Assembly (NCBI GenBank): GCA_963809485.1
Contig: CAWEJX010000020.1
Coordinates: 640,001-704,000, forward strand
Direction of reading: 5' to 3'
DNA: 64,000 bases
Origin: an uncultured Acidobacteriota bacterium
Lineage (GTDB): Bacteria; Acidobacteriota; UBA6911
The notes beneath the pieces are model-generated. The model searched no databases, had not been told where the DNA came from, and saw nothing but the letters and a program-made list of their open reading frames with translations. The position numbers and the translations under genes were made by a program. Position 1 is the stretch's first letter. Each line of letters opens with the position of its first letter. Shown here one piece after another: positions 1-10,367 of this stretch.

Positions 1-3
1 GGG

Positions 4-2004
4 ATGCAGGAGGTTCAATTTCTGCGGGATCTGGCGGTAGTTTTCGGATGCGCAGCGCCGCTCGTCTATCTTTTCCATCGATTCAAGCAATCGCCCATAG
101 TCGGGTTCGTGATCACCGGGACTCTGGTCGGCCCTTACGGATTCAGCCTTATTAGGGATGTCGAAAGCGTCCACACGCTGGCCACTGTCGGGGTCATGAT
201 CCTTCTCTTCTCGCTGGGCCTCGAGTTTTCTCTCAAAAAGCTGATGGAGACGCGGGTGGCGGTCCTCGTCATCGGCCCGCTCCAGATGCTGGGAACCATC
301 GCCATCACCGTATTGCTGGTCCACTGGTTCGGGACGCCGTTACAGACCGGCGTGATTTACGGGATCCTCATTGGTCTCAGCAGCACCGCAATTTTCATGA
401 AAATGCTCGACGAGCGGAGAGAGACGGACTCGATCCACGGGCGCATAGGCCTGGGCGTGGCGATTTTCCAGGATCTCTGCACGATACCTTTTTTGATCTC
501 GATTTCGCTGATGGCCACCGAAAAAACCCTGCTGACGGCCCTGGGATCGGCACTACTGAAATCCGTGGCCCTCATCGCTGCGGTTGTGCTGGTGGGGCGT
601 TATTTGTTCCCCATTCTACTTCGTGGAATTCTCAGGACTCGCAGCAAGGAGCTTTTTCTTATCACCTCAGTTTTCATGTTCCTCGGAACAGCATTGGCGA
701 CCACCTATGCCGGCGTCTCCCTGGCCCTGGGCTCATTTTTGGCAGGATTGATATTATCCGAATCGGAATACGGGCATCATATCTTCGCCGAGGTGCGCCC
801 CTTCCGCGACAGTCTGAACAGCCTTTTCTTCATCTCCATCGGGATGTTGATCGATCCGGGTTTCATCGCGACTCATCCGGGGCCGATTGTGGCCATTACG
901 GCGGCCATCGTGGCGGGCAAAACCCTTGTTACCACGGGCGCCGTTATGGCCACACGGATCCCGCTTCACGTTGCGCTGCTGACCGGTGTGGCGCTGGCCC
1001 AGGTCGGAGAGTTTTCCTTTATCATGCTGCAGACGGCCGCTTCGGTGGGGGCCGTAAGCGCCGAACCCTACCAGTTTTTCCTCTCGTGCTCCGTCCTGAG
1101 CATGGTGCTGGCGCCGGTGCTGTTCGGCGTCTTCCGCAAACTGCTGAATCGCTTCGCCCGAAACTGGAATCCGCAAATGCAGTTCGGCCGCCTGGGCGAC
1201 GAGAAGCTGCGTGAGTTTGAGAAGGTCAGGGACCACGTGATTATCTGCGGCTTCGGGCTGGGCGGCCAGAACATAGCCCGCATTTTGAAGGCGAACCGGA
1301 TTCCCTACATTGTAGTCGACCTCAACGAACAGCGAGTGAGCGAAGCCAGGAAAGAAGGGGAGCTGATAATTTTCGGGGACTGCACCAGCACGCACATCCT
1401 CGAAATGGCGGGGATCCATAAGGCCAGAGTCATCGTGTTCGTCATTTCCGATCCTTTCGCCAGCCGGCTTGCGGTCGGGGCCGCCCGCGAGATGAGCCGT
1501 GAAATTGTGGTGCTGACAAGGACCAAGTATGTGGCCGATATCGATGCTCTCTGGGATGAGGGGTCCAACGAGGTCATATCGGAGGAGTTCGAGGCCTCGC
1601 TGGAATTGATGACGCGTATTTTGCGCGTCTACAATGCTCCGCGCTCGATGGTGGCGGCCGAGATCAAATCCATTCGAGACCAGCGGTTTGGAATATTCCG
1701 CGAGCGGCAAACCACGGTGCCGCGCATACGGCTCAGTGGCGACCTGGACGTTTATACGGAGACATGGGAGGTCGCAGCCAACTGCCCGTGGAGGGGCGCC
1801 ACGATTGCCGAGACAGGGCTCCGCGAGAAAACCGGGGCCTTGATCCTGGGGATTATACGCGAAAACCATACCCTGAATAATCCGCCCGCGAATGAATTCA
1901 TCATGGCCGGCGACCGTCTCGTGCTCAGCGGGACAAAGGAGCAGCTCAAGAGCGCCATCCTGATGCTCTCTCAAATCGAAGGTGTCCAGAAGCAGCCCGC
2001 CTGA
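4..2004 (+). CDS. CPA2-family (Kef-type) K+/H+ antiporter with TrkA-N and TrkA-C (RCK) domains
   Basis: Hydrophobic N-terminal ~380 aa with LLFSLGLEFS, SSTAI, FQDL, FFISIGM and LAQVGEFSF motifs; Rossmann HVIICGFGLGG; C-terminal RCK_C domain. Confidence 0.93.
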   Translation: MQEVQFLRDLAVVFGCAAPLVYLFHRFKQSPIVGFVITGTLVGPYGFSLIRDVESVHTLATVGVMILLFSLGLEFSLKKLMETRVAVLVIGPLQMLGTIAITVLLVHWFGTPLQTGVIYGILIGLSSTAIFMKMLDERRETDSIHGRIGLGVAIFQDLCTIPFLISISLMATEKTLLTALGSALLKSVALIAAVVLVGRYLFPILLRGILRTRSKELFLITSVFMFLGTALATTYAGVSLALGSFLAGLILSESEYGHHIFAEVRPFRDSLNSLFFISIGMLIDPGFIATHPGPIVAITAAIVAGKTLVTTGAVMATRIPLHVALLTGVALAQVGEFSFIMLQTAASVGAVSAEPYQFFLSCSVLSMVLAPVLFGVFRKLLNRFARNWNPQMQFGRLGDEKLREFEKVRDHVIICGFGLGGQNIARILKANRIPYIVVDLNEQRVSEARKEGELIIFGDCTSTHILEMAGIHKARVIVFVISDPFASRLAVGAAREMSREIVVLTRTKYVADIDALWDEGSNEVISEEFEASLELMTRILRVYNAPRSMVAAEIKSIRDQRFGIFRERQTTVPRIRLSGDLDVYTETWEVAANCPWRGATIAETGLREKTGALILGIIRENHTLNNPPANEFIMAGDRLVLSGTKEQLKSAILMLSQIEGVQKQPA

Positions 2005-2180
2005 GCGGCATCCCGCGACGCGGTCCGTCCTGCGCTTGACATAAAGAGATAAGTGGAAGAAAGTTGATAATTTGCGCATTTTCCTGTCACGCGACTCTGC
2101 CGGTCGGGCGATGCGCCAGGCAAACCGCCTCTCCTGCAAAACGATGCGGCGTGTAGAACGAAAATAAGGAGGCCCTCCCA

Positions 2181-3230
2181 ATGATCCGATGGAATCCCGT
2201 ATATCTGGTTTTCATGTTTGCGGTGCTCTGCTGGCCGACATTTGCCGGTCAGGACAAGCCGTCGACGCCGGCCAAGGAGCAGCCGGCAGCGGACACCGCC
2301 GCATCCGATCTGGTGGTGGCCCGAGTCGCCGGTGAACCTATTACCGAAAAGCAGGTCCTGTCGGCAATCAATACTCTGGCCAGGCAGAAAGTTTTGCCGC
2401 CCGACAAACAAAAGGAGCGCATCAGCATTTTCTTCAAGGATGCGGTTGAAAACCTCGTCACGGTGGCTGTTCTGAAAGGCCAGGTCAAAGAACAGAATAT
2501 CACGGCAGACCCGGCCAAGGTGGACCAGCAGATCCAGCAGTTTTCAAAACAGTTCCCTTCCCAGGCTGATTTCCAGAAGATGATGGAAAGCCAGGGCGTC
2601 ACCGAGGCTGATTTGAGAAAATCGGTTGAAGAACGCCTGACGGTGCAGCAGGTGCTGGACCAGGCCACCAAGGATGTTCCAGGAGCGACAGACGAGGAAA
2701 TCAGCAAGTTTTATGAGAGTAATCCGACTAAGTTCAATGCTCCGGAACAGGTGCGCGCGTCCCATATACTTTTGAGGCTGGATCCGAAAAGCACTCCGGA
2801 GCAGAAAGACGAGGTCAAAAAGAAGATCGAGGGGATCCGCGCCGAAATCGACTCCAAAGCCATAACCTTCGCGGAAGCCGCGGAAAAGTATTCGGAGGAT
2901 CCATCCAATGCGAAAAAGGGCGGCGATCTGGGATTTTTCTCCCGCGGACGGATGGTAAAGCCGTTCGAAGAGGCTGCCTTCGCTACAAAGCCGGGAACCT
3001 TATCGGCCGTTGTCGAAACTCAGTTCGGGTACCACATCATTCAGGTGGCTGAACTGAAGCCCGCAGGAAAGGTTTCTCTCGAAGAAGCTAAGCCAAACAT
3101 CAAGCAATACTTGGACCAGTCGGCCAAGCAGAGGGCTGCCCAAAAATACATGAGCGAGCTGAGGACGAAAGCGAACGTCGAGAACTTCATGACTCTGGAG
3201 GAATTCAGCAAGCGCCACCCGTCCCAATAG
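2181..3230 (+). CDS. Periplasmic parvulin (PpiC-type) peptidyl-prolyl isomerase / foldase, PrsA/SurA-like
   Basis: Signal peptide; SurA_N-like helical region; [31 protein letters not shown] and ETQFGYHII motifs; RBS AGGAGG. Confidence 0.93.
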   Translation: MIRWNPVYLVFMFAVLCWPTFAGQDKPSTPAKEQPAADTAASDLVVARVAGEPITEKQVLSAINTLARQKVLPPDKQKERISIFFKDAVENLVTVAVLKGQVKEQNITADPAKVDQQIQQFSKQFPSQADFQKMMESQGVTEADLRKSVEERLTVQQVLDQATKDVPGATDEEISKFYESNPTKFNAPEQVRASHILLRLDPKSTPEQKDEVKKKIEGIRAEIDSKAITFAEAAEKYSEDPSNAKKGGDLGFFSRGRMVKPFEEAAFATKPGTLSAVVETQFGYHIIQVAELKPAGKVSLEEAKPNIKQYLDQSAKQRAAQKYMSELRTKANVENFMTLEEFSKRHPSQ

Positions 3231-3324
3231 GACGTACCGGCATCTCGCAGACTGCCATTTGACGGTTCCAGGCTGAAGGATTTAAACCTTTGTGCCGCAA
3301 TTGGGAACCTGTAGCCCCTATTTA

Positions 3325-3606
3325 CATTGGTAAATCCCCGGCTCTGTCGGGGACTCAATGAGTTTGACAGCTCCGTATTTTGAAACGCTGAGAAACGCTG
3401 ATAAAAGCGCTGATAAACGTCGATTTGTTCGGCGAGGGTCGGCGGGCAAAAGCTGATGAGGCGCTCCGCGCTGGCCTCTGCGGGGATCGGAAGCGCCTCA
3501 TCGGCTTTTGCACCCGTAAGTCAGCGTTCAAGACCGGCGTAACTCCTCCAACCGCTTTGAGCGGTTCAGATCTTTCAAGCCTCCGGCTTTGCCGGAGGTA
3601 CCTGAC
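3325..3606 (+). mobile_element. Non-autonomous IS200/IS605-family derivative (PATE/MITE-like), copy 1
   Basis: Left hairpin CCCCGGCTCTGTCGGGG preceded by CATTGGTAAA; right hairpins AACCGCTTTGAGCGGTT and CCTCCGGCTTTGCCGGAGG ending in TGAC; near-identical copies at 17056 and 35230; no transposase. Confidence 0.8.
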
Positions 3607-3654
3607 TGGGGTATGGATACCCGGCTGAGCCCCTGAAGACATTGGGAATGCGGG

Positions 3655-5494
3655 CTAAGACGATTCTTCAGGAAGAATGCGGACGGCGCCCTTGTCTGCC
3701 GAAGCAGCAAACAGGGCATAGGCGCGCAATGCCTGCGTCAGAGGCCGCTGTCTCGCGGGCGTAAAGGCGGAATTTCCCTTTGAGAGCTCCTGGAGGCGCC
3801 GCGCCGCAAGCTCCTCTTCGCCGATCGCAAGGTGGATTCGTCTCTCGGGAATATCGATCTCGATCCTGTCTCCGTTTTTAACCAGCGCAATGGTGCCCCC
3901 CGAAGCAGCTTCCGGCGAAACATGGCCGATGGATAGCCCCGAGGTCCCTCCGGAAAATCTTCCGTCGGTGATCAAAGCGCACTGCTTGCCCAGGTGCATC
4001 GATTTGATGTAGGACGTCGGATAGAGCATCTCCTGCATTCCGGGCCCGCCTTTGGGACCCTCGTAGCGGATCACCACGACATTGCCGGCCTTCACTTCCC
4101 CGCCCAGAATGCCTTCGCAGGCCGCTTCCTGCGAATCGTAGACGCACGCGGTCCCGGCGAAGCGGAATATGGACTCGTCCACACCCGCGGTCTTCACGAT
4201 GCACCCATTCTGCGCGATGTTGCCGAACAGCACCGCCAATCCGCCCTCCTTGGAATAACAGTGGGCAATGTCGCGTATGCATCCCGTCTTGCGGTCCAGA
4301 TCCAGCTCCGGGTAATACGCTTCCTGAGACGCCAGGACCAGATTGCGCCCGCTGCCGCCGGGCGCGCTCAGGTAAAGCTTGCGCGCTTCCTCTGTCGCAG
4401 CCGGCGATGCGATATCATAGGCTTCAAGCACGGTTTTAACGCCGGCGCATCCACTCGCTTCACGGAAGTATCGATCAGTTGCGCCCGGGCAAGCTCACCC
4501 AGAATGGCCATGATCCCGCCGGCCCGGCTGACATCCTCCAGGTGATACGACGAGCTCGGAGCGACTTTGCACAGCACCGGGATTTTGCGCGAGAGTGCAT
4601 CGATATCGGACATGGAAAATTCAACCTCGGCTTCCTGCGCGATGGCCAGAAGGTGCAGAACCGTGTTGGTCGAACCGCCCATCGCAATATCCAGCGCCAT
4701 GGCGTTCATAAATGCCTGGCGCGTGGCAATGGAGCGGGGCAGCACCGATTCGTCCTCCCGCTCATAGCGATCCAGCGCCATCTCCACGATAAGCTGCGCG
4801 GCTTTTTCGAACAGGTTCATCCGGTTCTTGTGGGTCGCCAGCATGGTGCCGTTGCCCGGCAGTGCCATTCCCAGCGCTTCGGTCAGGCAATTCATCGAAT
4901 TGGCCGTAAACATTCCCGAACAGGATCCGCAGGTCGGGCAAGCCGCCATTTCCAGGGCGGCAATTTCGTCGTCGCTCACGGCCGGGTCCGCGGCCATGAC
5001 CATCGCATCGATCAGGTCGTATGCCTGCTTCCCACAACGCCGGCTTCCATGGGACCGCCGGAAACAAAAATGGCCGGGATGTTCAGGCGCATGGCGGCCA
5101 TGAGCATGCCCGGCGTGATCTTGTCGCAGTTGGTGATGCAGATCATCGCGTCGGCCATGTGTGCATTCACCATGTATTCCACACTGTCGGCGATGAGTTC
5201 TCTGGACGGAAGCGAGTAAAGCATGCCCTCATGCCCCATTGCGATGCCGTCATCGATGGCGATGGTGTTGAATTCGGCGGCAAAACATCCCTGCGCCTCG
5301 ATGATCTTTTTGACCTGTTGACCGATTTCATGCAGGTGCACGTGCCCGGGGACGAATTGAGTAAACGAATTGACGATCGCAATCACCGGCTTGCCGATCT
5401 GTTCCTCGCGCATTCCGTTGGCACGCCAGAGGCTGCGGGCTCCGGCCATTCGCCGCCCTTGCGTAGTCGTTGCGCTCCTGAGTTTTGTAGGCAT
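3655..5494 (-). pseudogene. ilvD: Dihydroxy-acid dehydratase, split into 3 ORFs by two frameshifts (probably sequencing errors)
   Basis: Motifs [47 protein letters not shown] and [10 protein letters not shown]; adding one base in each of two homopolymers (CCC 5031-5033, TTTT 4434-4437) restores the frame. Confidence 0.93.
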
Positions 5495-5533
5495 GCTTTT
5501 CCTCTCGATTTGAGTTGCCGGTGCCGATGAGGC

Positions 5534-5568
5534 AAGACCGGGGAGGCGCCGCGGCGCCTCCCGGTCTT
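5534..5568. terminator. GC-rich hairpin downstream of the SYLF gene (possible terminator or stabiliser)
   Basis: AAGACCGGGGAGGCGCC-GC-GGCGCCTCCCGGTCTT inverted repeat; U-tract is weak. Confidence 0.45.
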
Positions 5569-5575
5569 ATTGGGT

Positions 5576-6271
5576 TTATTTGTCTGAGCGGTTTTTAGGG
5601 GATTTCTTGTTCAGCAAGGCTATCAGTGCCTGCGCGGATGCGGGCGCCTTCACAGCTCCCTTGAGAATGATATCGCCTGCATCCAGCTTCTTTCCGTAAA
5701 GGTTCTCGTTCGCTCCTCCATCCGAACGCAGCGTTGAACCCTCCAGGGAGACCCCGGCGAAAAGCCCACGGGAGCGCGAGTAGCTCAATATTTCCGCTTT
5801 CATCACAATGTCCGTGGCAGCGGCGGCAGTCCGACCTTTAGGCCCAGCTGCGGCCGAAGCGTCTGCACCCAGCTTGACCTTGCTGCCCAGAACGGATTTA
5901 GCCCCTTTGGGATTCATGACCAGCAACACAAAATCGGTTGCCTGCCCCCCGAGCTGGAATCCTATGTTCCCGCCCTCCAAAGCATACATTGCGGGCGTTC
6001 CCCAGGAACCTGTGTAGTTAGCCCCGCCGCGGCAAATCATCGTTCCGCGTCCATAGCTGCCGCCGATCCCGATAGCGACTTTTTTAACGGATGGGAAAAT
6101 TACCGCGCACTCGGCCTTATCCAGAAGGTCCTGCGGAATGCTGTCGGGAACGTCGAGAATTTCCTTCATCACCTGGCCGCATTCTTGGAGCCTGTCCTGT
6201 TCCTTCTCCTGTCCCCATGTAAACGCCGAGATCAAAATTACCGCCGCAAAAAAGACCCCCGCTTTTCGCAT
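5576..6271 (-). CDS. Secreted lipid-binding SYLF (Ysc84/DUF500) domain protein
   Basis: Signal peptide; IPQDLLDKAEC, GGSYGRG, GFQLGGQATD and YSRSRGLFAGVSLEG motifs. Confidence 0.9.
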   Translation of the reverse strand: MRKAGVFFAAVILISAFTWGQEKEQDRLQECGQVMKEILDVPDSIPQDLLDKAECAVIFPSVKKVAIGIGGSYGRGTMICRGGANYTGSWGTPAMYALEGGNIGFQLGGQATDFVLLVMNPKGAKSVLGSKVKLGADASAAAGPKGRTAAAATDIVMKAEILSYSRSRGLFAGVSLEGSTLRSDGGANENLYGKKLDAGDIILKGAVKAPASAQALIALLNKKSPKNRSDK

Positions 6272-6529
6272 TGCATTTCTCCTTTTCCGATGAAAAGAAT
6301 CCATCTACGAGAACTCCCAATCAATAATAGATCACCGTAGGGCACAGACGCAACCAAACTAAAAAGGCCCTCAGGAAGTGCACGGGAAAAACAGATTTTG
6401 CCTCCGAGCCCTATTCGAGCCTTGGCGTCCCGGCGGCTTGAAGGGAGGTCCCGCAGCCCCCCCCAACGATCCTAATGGAGCAGATTGCGCGAGTATGAGT
6501 ATACAATGGGAAAGTTCCGGAGGGTGCCG

Positions 6530-8171
6530 ATGACGTTACACAAACGAGCCTGCATATGGATTGCCCTGGGTGCAGGTGTTTATCTTTTCTTTTCACTGAC
6601 GTTTCTGGAACTGCCGGGGCTTCAATACGACGAAGTGAACTTTGCCAACGCGGCGCTGGGCAGGGTTGAAGATTCTTTTATAGCGTGGAGTTATGAAGCA
6701 TTCGGGAACAGGCTGCCGCTCATGGTCATGAATTACATCGGGGCAGTCAAATCGGCTCTCTATGCTCCGATATTCCATTTTTGGGGAGTCAGCGCCAACA
6801 CGGCCCGTCTTCCGGTGGTGCTCATTGGATTGCTGACACTGCTGTTCAGCTACGCCCTGTTCCGGGACATGTTCAATGACGCGGATCGCGACAGCCGCAC
6901 TCATACTTTTTGCGACCGATCCAACCTTTATTTTTGCCAACCGGCTGGATTGGGGTCCGGTCTCGCTGATGCTGGCATTTGAGGTCTCCTCGCTATATTT
7001 CCTGTGGCGCTGGATGTCCGAAGGCAGGCGGCCCAACCTGGCGCTATCGGGGTTGCTCATGGGCCTGGGGCTGTACAATAAAATTATTTTCGGCTGGTTT
7101 ATCGCCGCCCTGTTCATCTCCATGGCGCTTTTCTATCGCGAGAAGGTTCGTCAACTTCTGTCCCCGCGCAATCTGTTCTGCTTTCTGCCGCCGCTCCTGC
7201 TCGGATGCCTGCCCCTGATCGCATTCAATATTGCGATCCCCGGAGGAACATTCCGCGGCAGGCCGGTGATGACGGCCCGCCTGTCCGACTCGCTGGCTTA
7301 TCACTACCGTCTCTTCCAGATAACGCTGGACGGAAGCGCGATCTACCAGTTCGTGAACCAGGAGGAAGTCGCCAATCCTGCTCCCGTCATCCAGAAAGCG
7401 TCGCCGGAAGGAATAAACCCGCTTCTGAAAAAACTCGCCGGATTCCAGAGCATCAAAAACACCTGGATGTCGTATGCCCTTCCCGGATTCCTCCTGCTGA
7501 TTTTGATGATCGGATGCATTTTCGGGCTCCGGGAAAAAAGGAAAATACTGTTCCTGATCTCACAATTGCTTCTGATTGCCGGATTCATATGTCTGACAGC
7601 CGAGGCCACCGGTTCGCACCATGTGATTGCCTTCTATCCTTTCCTTTTTGCCGTGGTCGCCTATGCCGTATGCGAGTTTGGATGGGTACTGTGGAAGTCG
7701 GGCACTGCCGAAATTGCGATAATTTCGGCATTTATCACCTGCCTGGTCTTTCCACAGCTGGTCTTGGATGCGCGCTACCTGCTGTCGTTTGAGGCCAAGG
7801 GAGGAGTCGGAGCATGGTCCGACGCCATCTACGATCTTGCCTCATTCACACACCGGCATCCGGAAAAGACTTTTGTTTTGATGGAGTGGGGCTTCAATAC
7901 CCAGCTTGCCTTTCTTTCGCAGGGGCCTATGCGAAAGGAAGAGTTTGTTTGCGTGCCGGACCGGCTCGAAATTTGCATGGAGGCCCTGATGCACCGGGAG
8001 GACACCTACTATGTATTTCACCTTCCTCCCTTCGAATCGCCGCCCACGTTCCCTGCATTCCAAAAGGTTCTTGCCCGTCTCGGAATGGAAGGCCGCACGA
8101 TCCAAACCTTTCACCAAAGAGACGGGCGCCCGATCTACATCGTCTTTGAAATTTTGCAGCTTGGGGCCTGA
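6530..8171 (+). pseudogene. GT-C fold membrane glycosyltransferase (ArnT/PMT, GT39/GT83-like) with one frameshift near 6878
   Basis: N-terminal PGLQYDE motif, ARLPVVL, many TM helices, GLGLYNK; two overlapping ORFs (6485-6982 and 6876-8171) join if one base is removed. Confidence 0.75.
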
Positions 8172-8231
8172 GACCTTGATCCATCCCCCTCTGCACTGCC
8201 TCGTTACGAAAAGCTTGAGTGATGCGGATGC

Positions 8232-8260
8232 AAGTACCCTCCGGCAGAGCCGGAGGCTTT
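8232..8260. mobile_element. Solitary IS200/IS605-type end hairpin
   Basis: AAGTACCCTCCGGCAGAGCCGGAGGCTTT; same CCTCCGGC-N3-GCCGGAGG hairpin as the three PATE copies. Confidence 0.6.
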
Positions 8261-8315
8261 ACGGGTGCTGAGCAATAAGACTGGCCGGGATTTTTAGCGC
8301 CCATTCAAGGCCTCC

Positions 8316-8399
8316 CTAATTACTTCCCCATAATCCATGAATCTGCTGCTGTATATCTTCAGCCAGCACGTCAGCGTATTTCTGTGTTGTCTGGATGAC
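8316..8399 (-). pseudogene. C-terminal remnant of a tyrosine recombinase/integrase
   Basis: Minus strand reads VIQTTQKYADVLAEDIQQQIHGLWGSN*, matching the box II tail (IxTTQxY, catalytic Tyr); the upstream LGH is absent. Confidence 0.55.
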
Positions 8400-8480
8400 A
8401 CGCTGCCTCTTTGTAAGGAGAAATTGCCCAAGGCTTTTCGCTATATCGCCGCGATTCTTGTGTGGATTCGTATTGCGGAT

Positions 8481-8512
8481 AAAGCAAAAGGCCACCCCGA
8501 AGAGTAGCCTTT
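8481..8512 (-). terminator. Rho-independent terminator of the PEP-CTERM gene
   Basis: Minus strand AAGGCTACTC-TTCG-GGGTGGCCTT followed by TTGCTTT, about 50 bp past the stop codon. Confidence 0.8.
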
Positions 8513-8562
8513 CACATGAACATATTAAGCAGTAACAGTATTAAGGGAGTAGATGAAGCCTG

Positions 8563-9279
8563 CTATTTCCTTCTACGCCACGCTGCCAATGCTAATCCAC
8601 TCAAACCAGTGCCGAGGAGAAGGAGGGATGTGGGTTCGGGAACGGCTTCGAGCGAGACATCGTCTATAAAAAGGGCCGTCAGTTGACCCCCAGTCCATTC
8701 AGAGCCACCAAGCGGCCCGTAGACAACTTCACCATAGTCACCGTCAGACTCACCCCAATTTCGCACATAAAACAGGAATGCTACCTCTCCCAAATCGGAC
8801 ACATCACCTGACATTGTTGTGAACATCCAAGGACTCACAACATACCCATCTTCAGGATTTACGTTAATCGGCACACTATAGATGCGATCCCACCAGACGT
8901 CGGGAACGCCGATATAAACCTCCAGCGCATCCCGCCCCTCGTCAAGATCATCAAAGTCTCTAGCTTCAAAGCTCCACCAGAAGGATAATGTTGCGGTCGA
9001 ATAGCCAGTAAAATCCACTTCTTGCCAAATTTGCTGATTACCCTGTCCCCCCGGAGCCAGAACCGCCATTCGATTGTCTGAATGTGGAAAAACCATTTCA
9101 GGTCCACCGATTGCCATCGCAGGCTCCCACGACCATGCTTGGCTTGAGTACGACCAGCTATCTGGTCTGTTCTCAGTTGCAGACTCAAATCCCCCGTTGG
9201 CTATAAGTTGATCGGCTAACGCACTTGCAGGGAGTGAGCAGAATAGCAATATGGTGCCCAGAAATATTCTTATTCTCAT
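8563..9279 (-). CDS. PEP-CTERM sorting domain surface protein
   Basis: Signal peptide; LIANGGFE carbohydrate-binding-module-like start; C-terminal VPEPTSLLLLGTGLSGLALAAWRRRK; RBS GGAGG. Confidence 0.95.
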   Translation of the reverse strand: MRIRIFLGTILLFCSLPASALADQLIANGGFESATENRPDSWSYSSQAWSWEPAMAIGGPEMVFPHSDNRMAVLAPGGQGNQQIWQEVDFTGYSTATLSFWWSFEARDFDDLDEGRDALEVYIGVPDVWWDRIYSVPINVNPEDGYVVSPWMFTTMSGDVSDLGEVAFLFYVRNWGESDGDYGEVVYGPLGGSEWTGGQLTALFIDDVSLEAVPEPTSLLLLGTGLSGLALAAWRRRK

Positions 9280-9307
9280 GACACACCTCCGTTAGGATTC
9301 TAATAAA

Positions 9308-9322
9308 GCAAAAACAGTGCCA
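9308..9322 (-). promoter_or_regulatory. Sigma54 (-24/-12) promoter of the PEP-CTERM gene
   Basis: Minus strand TGGCAC-TGTTT-TTGC, exact consensus, about 30 bp upstream of the ATG. Confidence 0.85.
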
Positions 9323-9453
9323 AGAATATGGAAACTCTGGAGTAAAGACCGAACTATTTCCCTAAGTTATTGTAAAGACCATAAATGGACAGGATTGCTT
9401 CAACGGCTGTATTAAATGTGCTTTTGGCAGGTATGTCGCTAAGTTCCCAAAAG

Positions 9454-9470
9454 TGTAATATGGCTTTACA
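9454..9470. promoter_or_regulatory. Enhancer-binding-protein site (PEP-CTERM box / PrsR-type, TGT-N11-ACA)
   Basis: TGTAATATGGCTTTACA palindrome about 130 bp upstream of the sigma54 site. Confidence 0.7.
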
Positions 9471-9553
9471 GGTATTTTTGCAGTGACTCTCTATGATTTT
9501 GCTAACTTATGGCGGAACCATGGCTTGCGGAATAGTGCATTGGATCTTTGATT

Positions 9554-9570
9554 TGTAACGTAATCCGACG
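9554..9570. promoter_or_regulatory. Second PEP-CTERM-box-like site
   Basis: TGTAACGTAATCCGACG, exactly 100 bp from the first box; one mismatch to TGT-N11-ACA. Confidence 0.5.
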
Positions 9571-10071
9571 CTATTTGGCCAAATTGGAACGGTTGCATAC
9601 GAATGGGGCAGGCCCGTAACGGATCAGCCCCGCCCCGAATCCCGGTGGGCACGCGACGGATCCATGCACCCTAATATCATAATTGAGGTCCGGTGTTTGG
9701 GCTTAAAAACGCCATATTTTACGGGGGGCTCCCGATCCTGAAATACCTCACCCTATCGGGAGATGGCACCCATTAAGAGACCTTTGCCAAGAAAATATAT
9801 CTTTCCTTAATGGAAATTGGGAGCTTTTCGTCAAAGGATTGTCGCGGCTTGGCACCTAACGTCGAGCTAAGGAGCTTTTCGGCCGCGAACTGCTCCATTC
9901 GTTTCCATGAAAACAGTGTCTGAGCTGCTCCTTTGCCGATCCCAAAAGAGCGAATTCTGACCATGACCCGTGGCCTTATCGTATTCGTCTTTGCGCGCCC
10001 GTTCTCTCGTTGGTTATCGCTGCATTGCTATGCAATACGCATCACAACTGCCGTCTCTTATATGATTATCA

Positions 10072-10141
10072 GAATGTCGAATAATGAATGATGAATTTCG
10101 AAGTCATAGCTTCTGCGGTTCGACATTCGATATTCAGTATT
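10072..10141. repeat. Inverted array of 7-bp repeats (GAATRTC / GAYATTC)
   Basis: GAATGTC GAATAAT GAATGAT GAATTTC ... GACATTC GATATTC AGTATTT. Confidence 0.7.
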
Positions 10142-10367
10142 TCTAGCACTGGGCTCTTGGTTGCTGTCAGAACACCGGGGAAAGGGCATGCTCCAGCATT
10201 TGTCATGCGGATGCTGCGTCACCGGCAGAGGCGCTAGATCTCCAACCGGATTGGGATCAGCGCCTTCGCCGGCGTTTGCCGGCGTTACCCAGAGTTCTCA
10301 GGCTGCATGAATCTCCGGATAAAGCCTTTGAGTTCGCGGTGGGCTATTGCAGGCGCGGCACAAAGGC

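Noticed and set aside
3355-3642. Short ORFs over the repeat elements (3355-3642, 3425-3628, 16981-17364, 35001-35746)
   Set aside because: They are translations of palindromic non-coding repeats, with no HUH or catalytic Tyr transposase motifs
4368-5033. Programmed ribosomal frameshifting or phase variation in ilvD
   Set aside because: The runs are only 3-4 nt, there is no slippery heptamer, and similar indels hit unrelated genes nearby
9600-9670. Possible group II intron domain V/VI remnant on the minus strand
   Set aside because: Only loose similarity to domain VI; no AGC/CGC catalytic triad helix and no reverse transcriptase fragment
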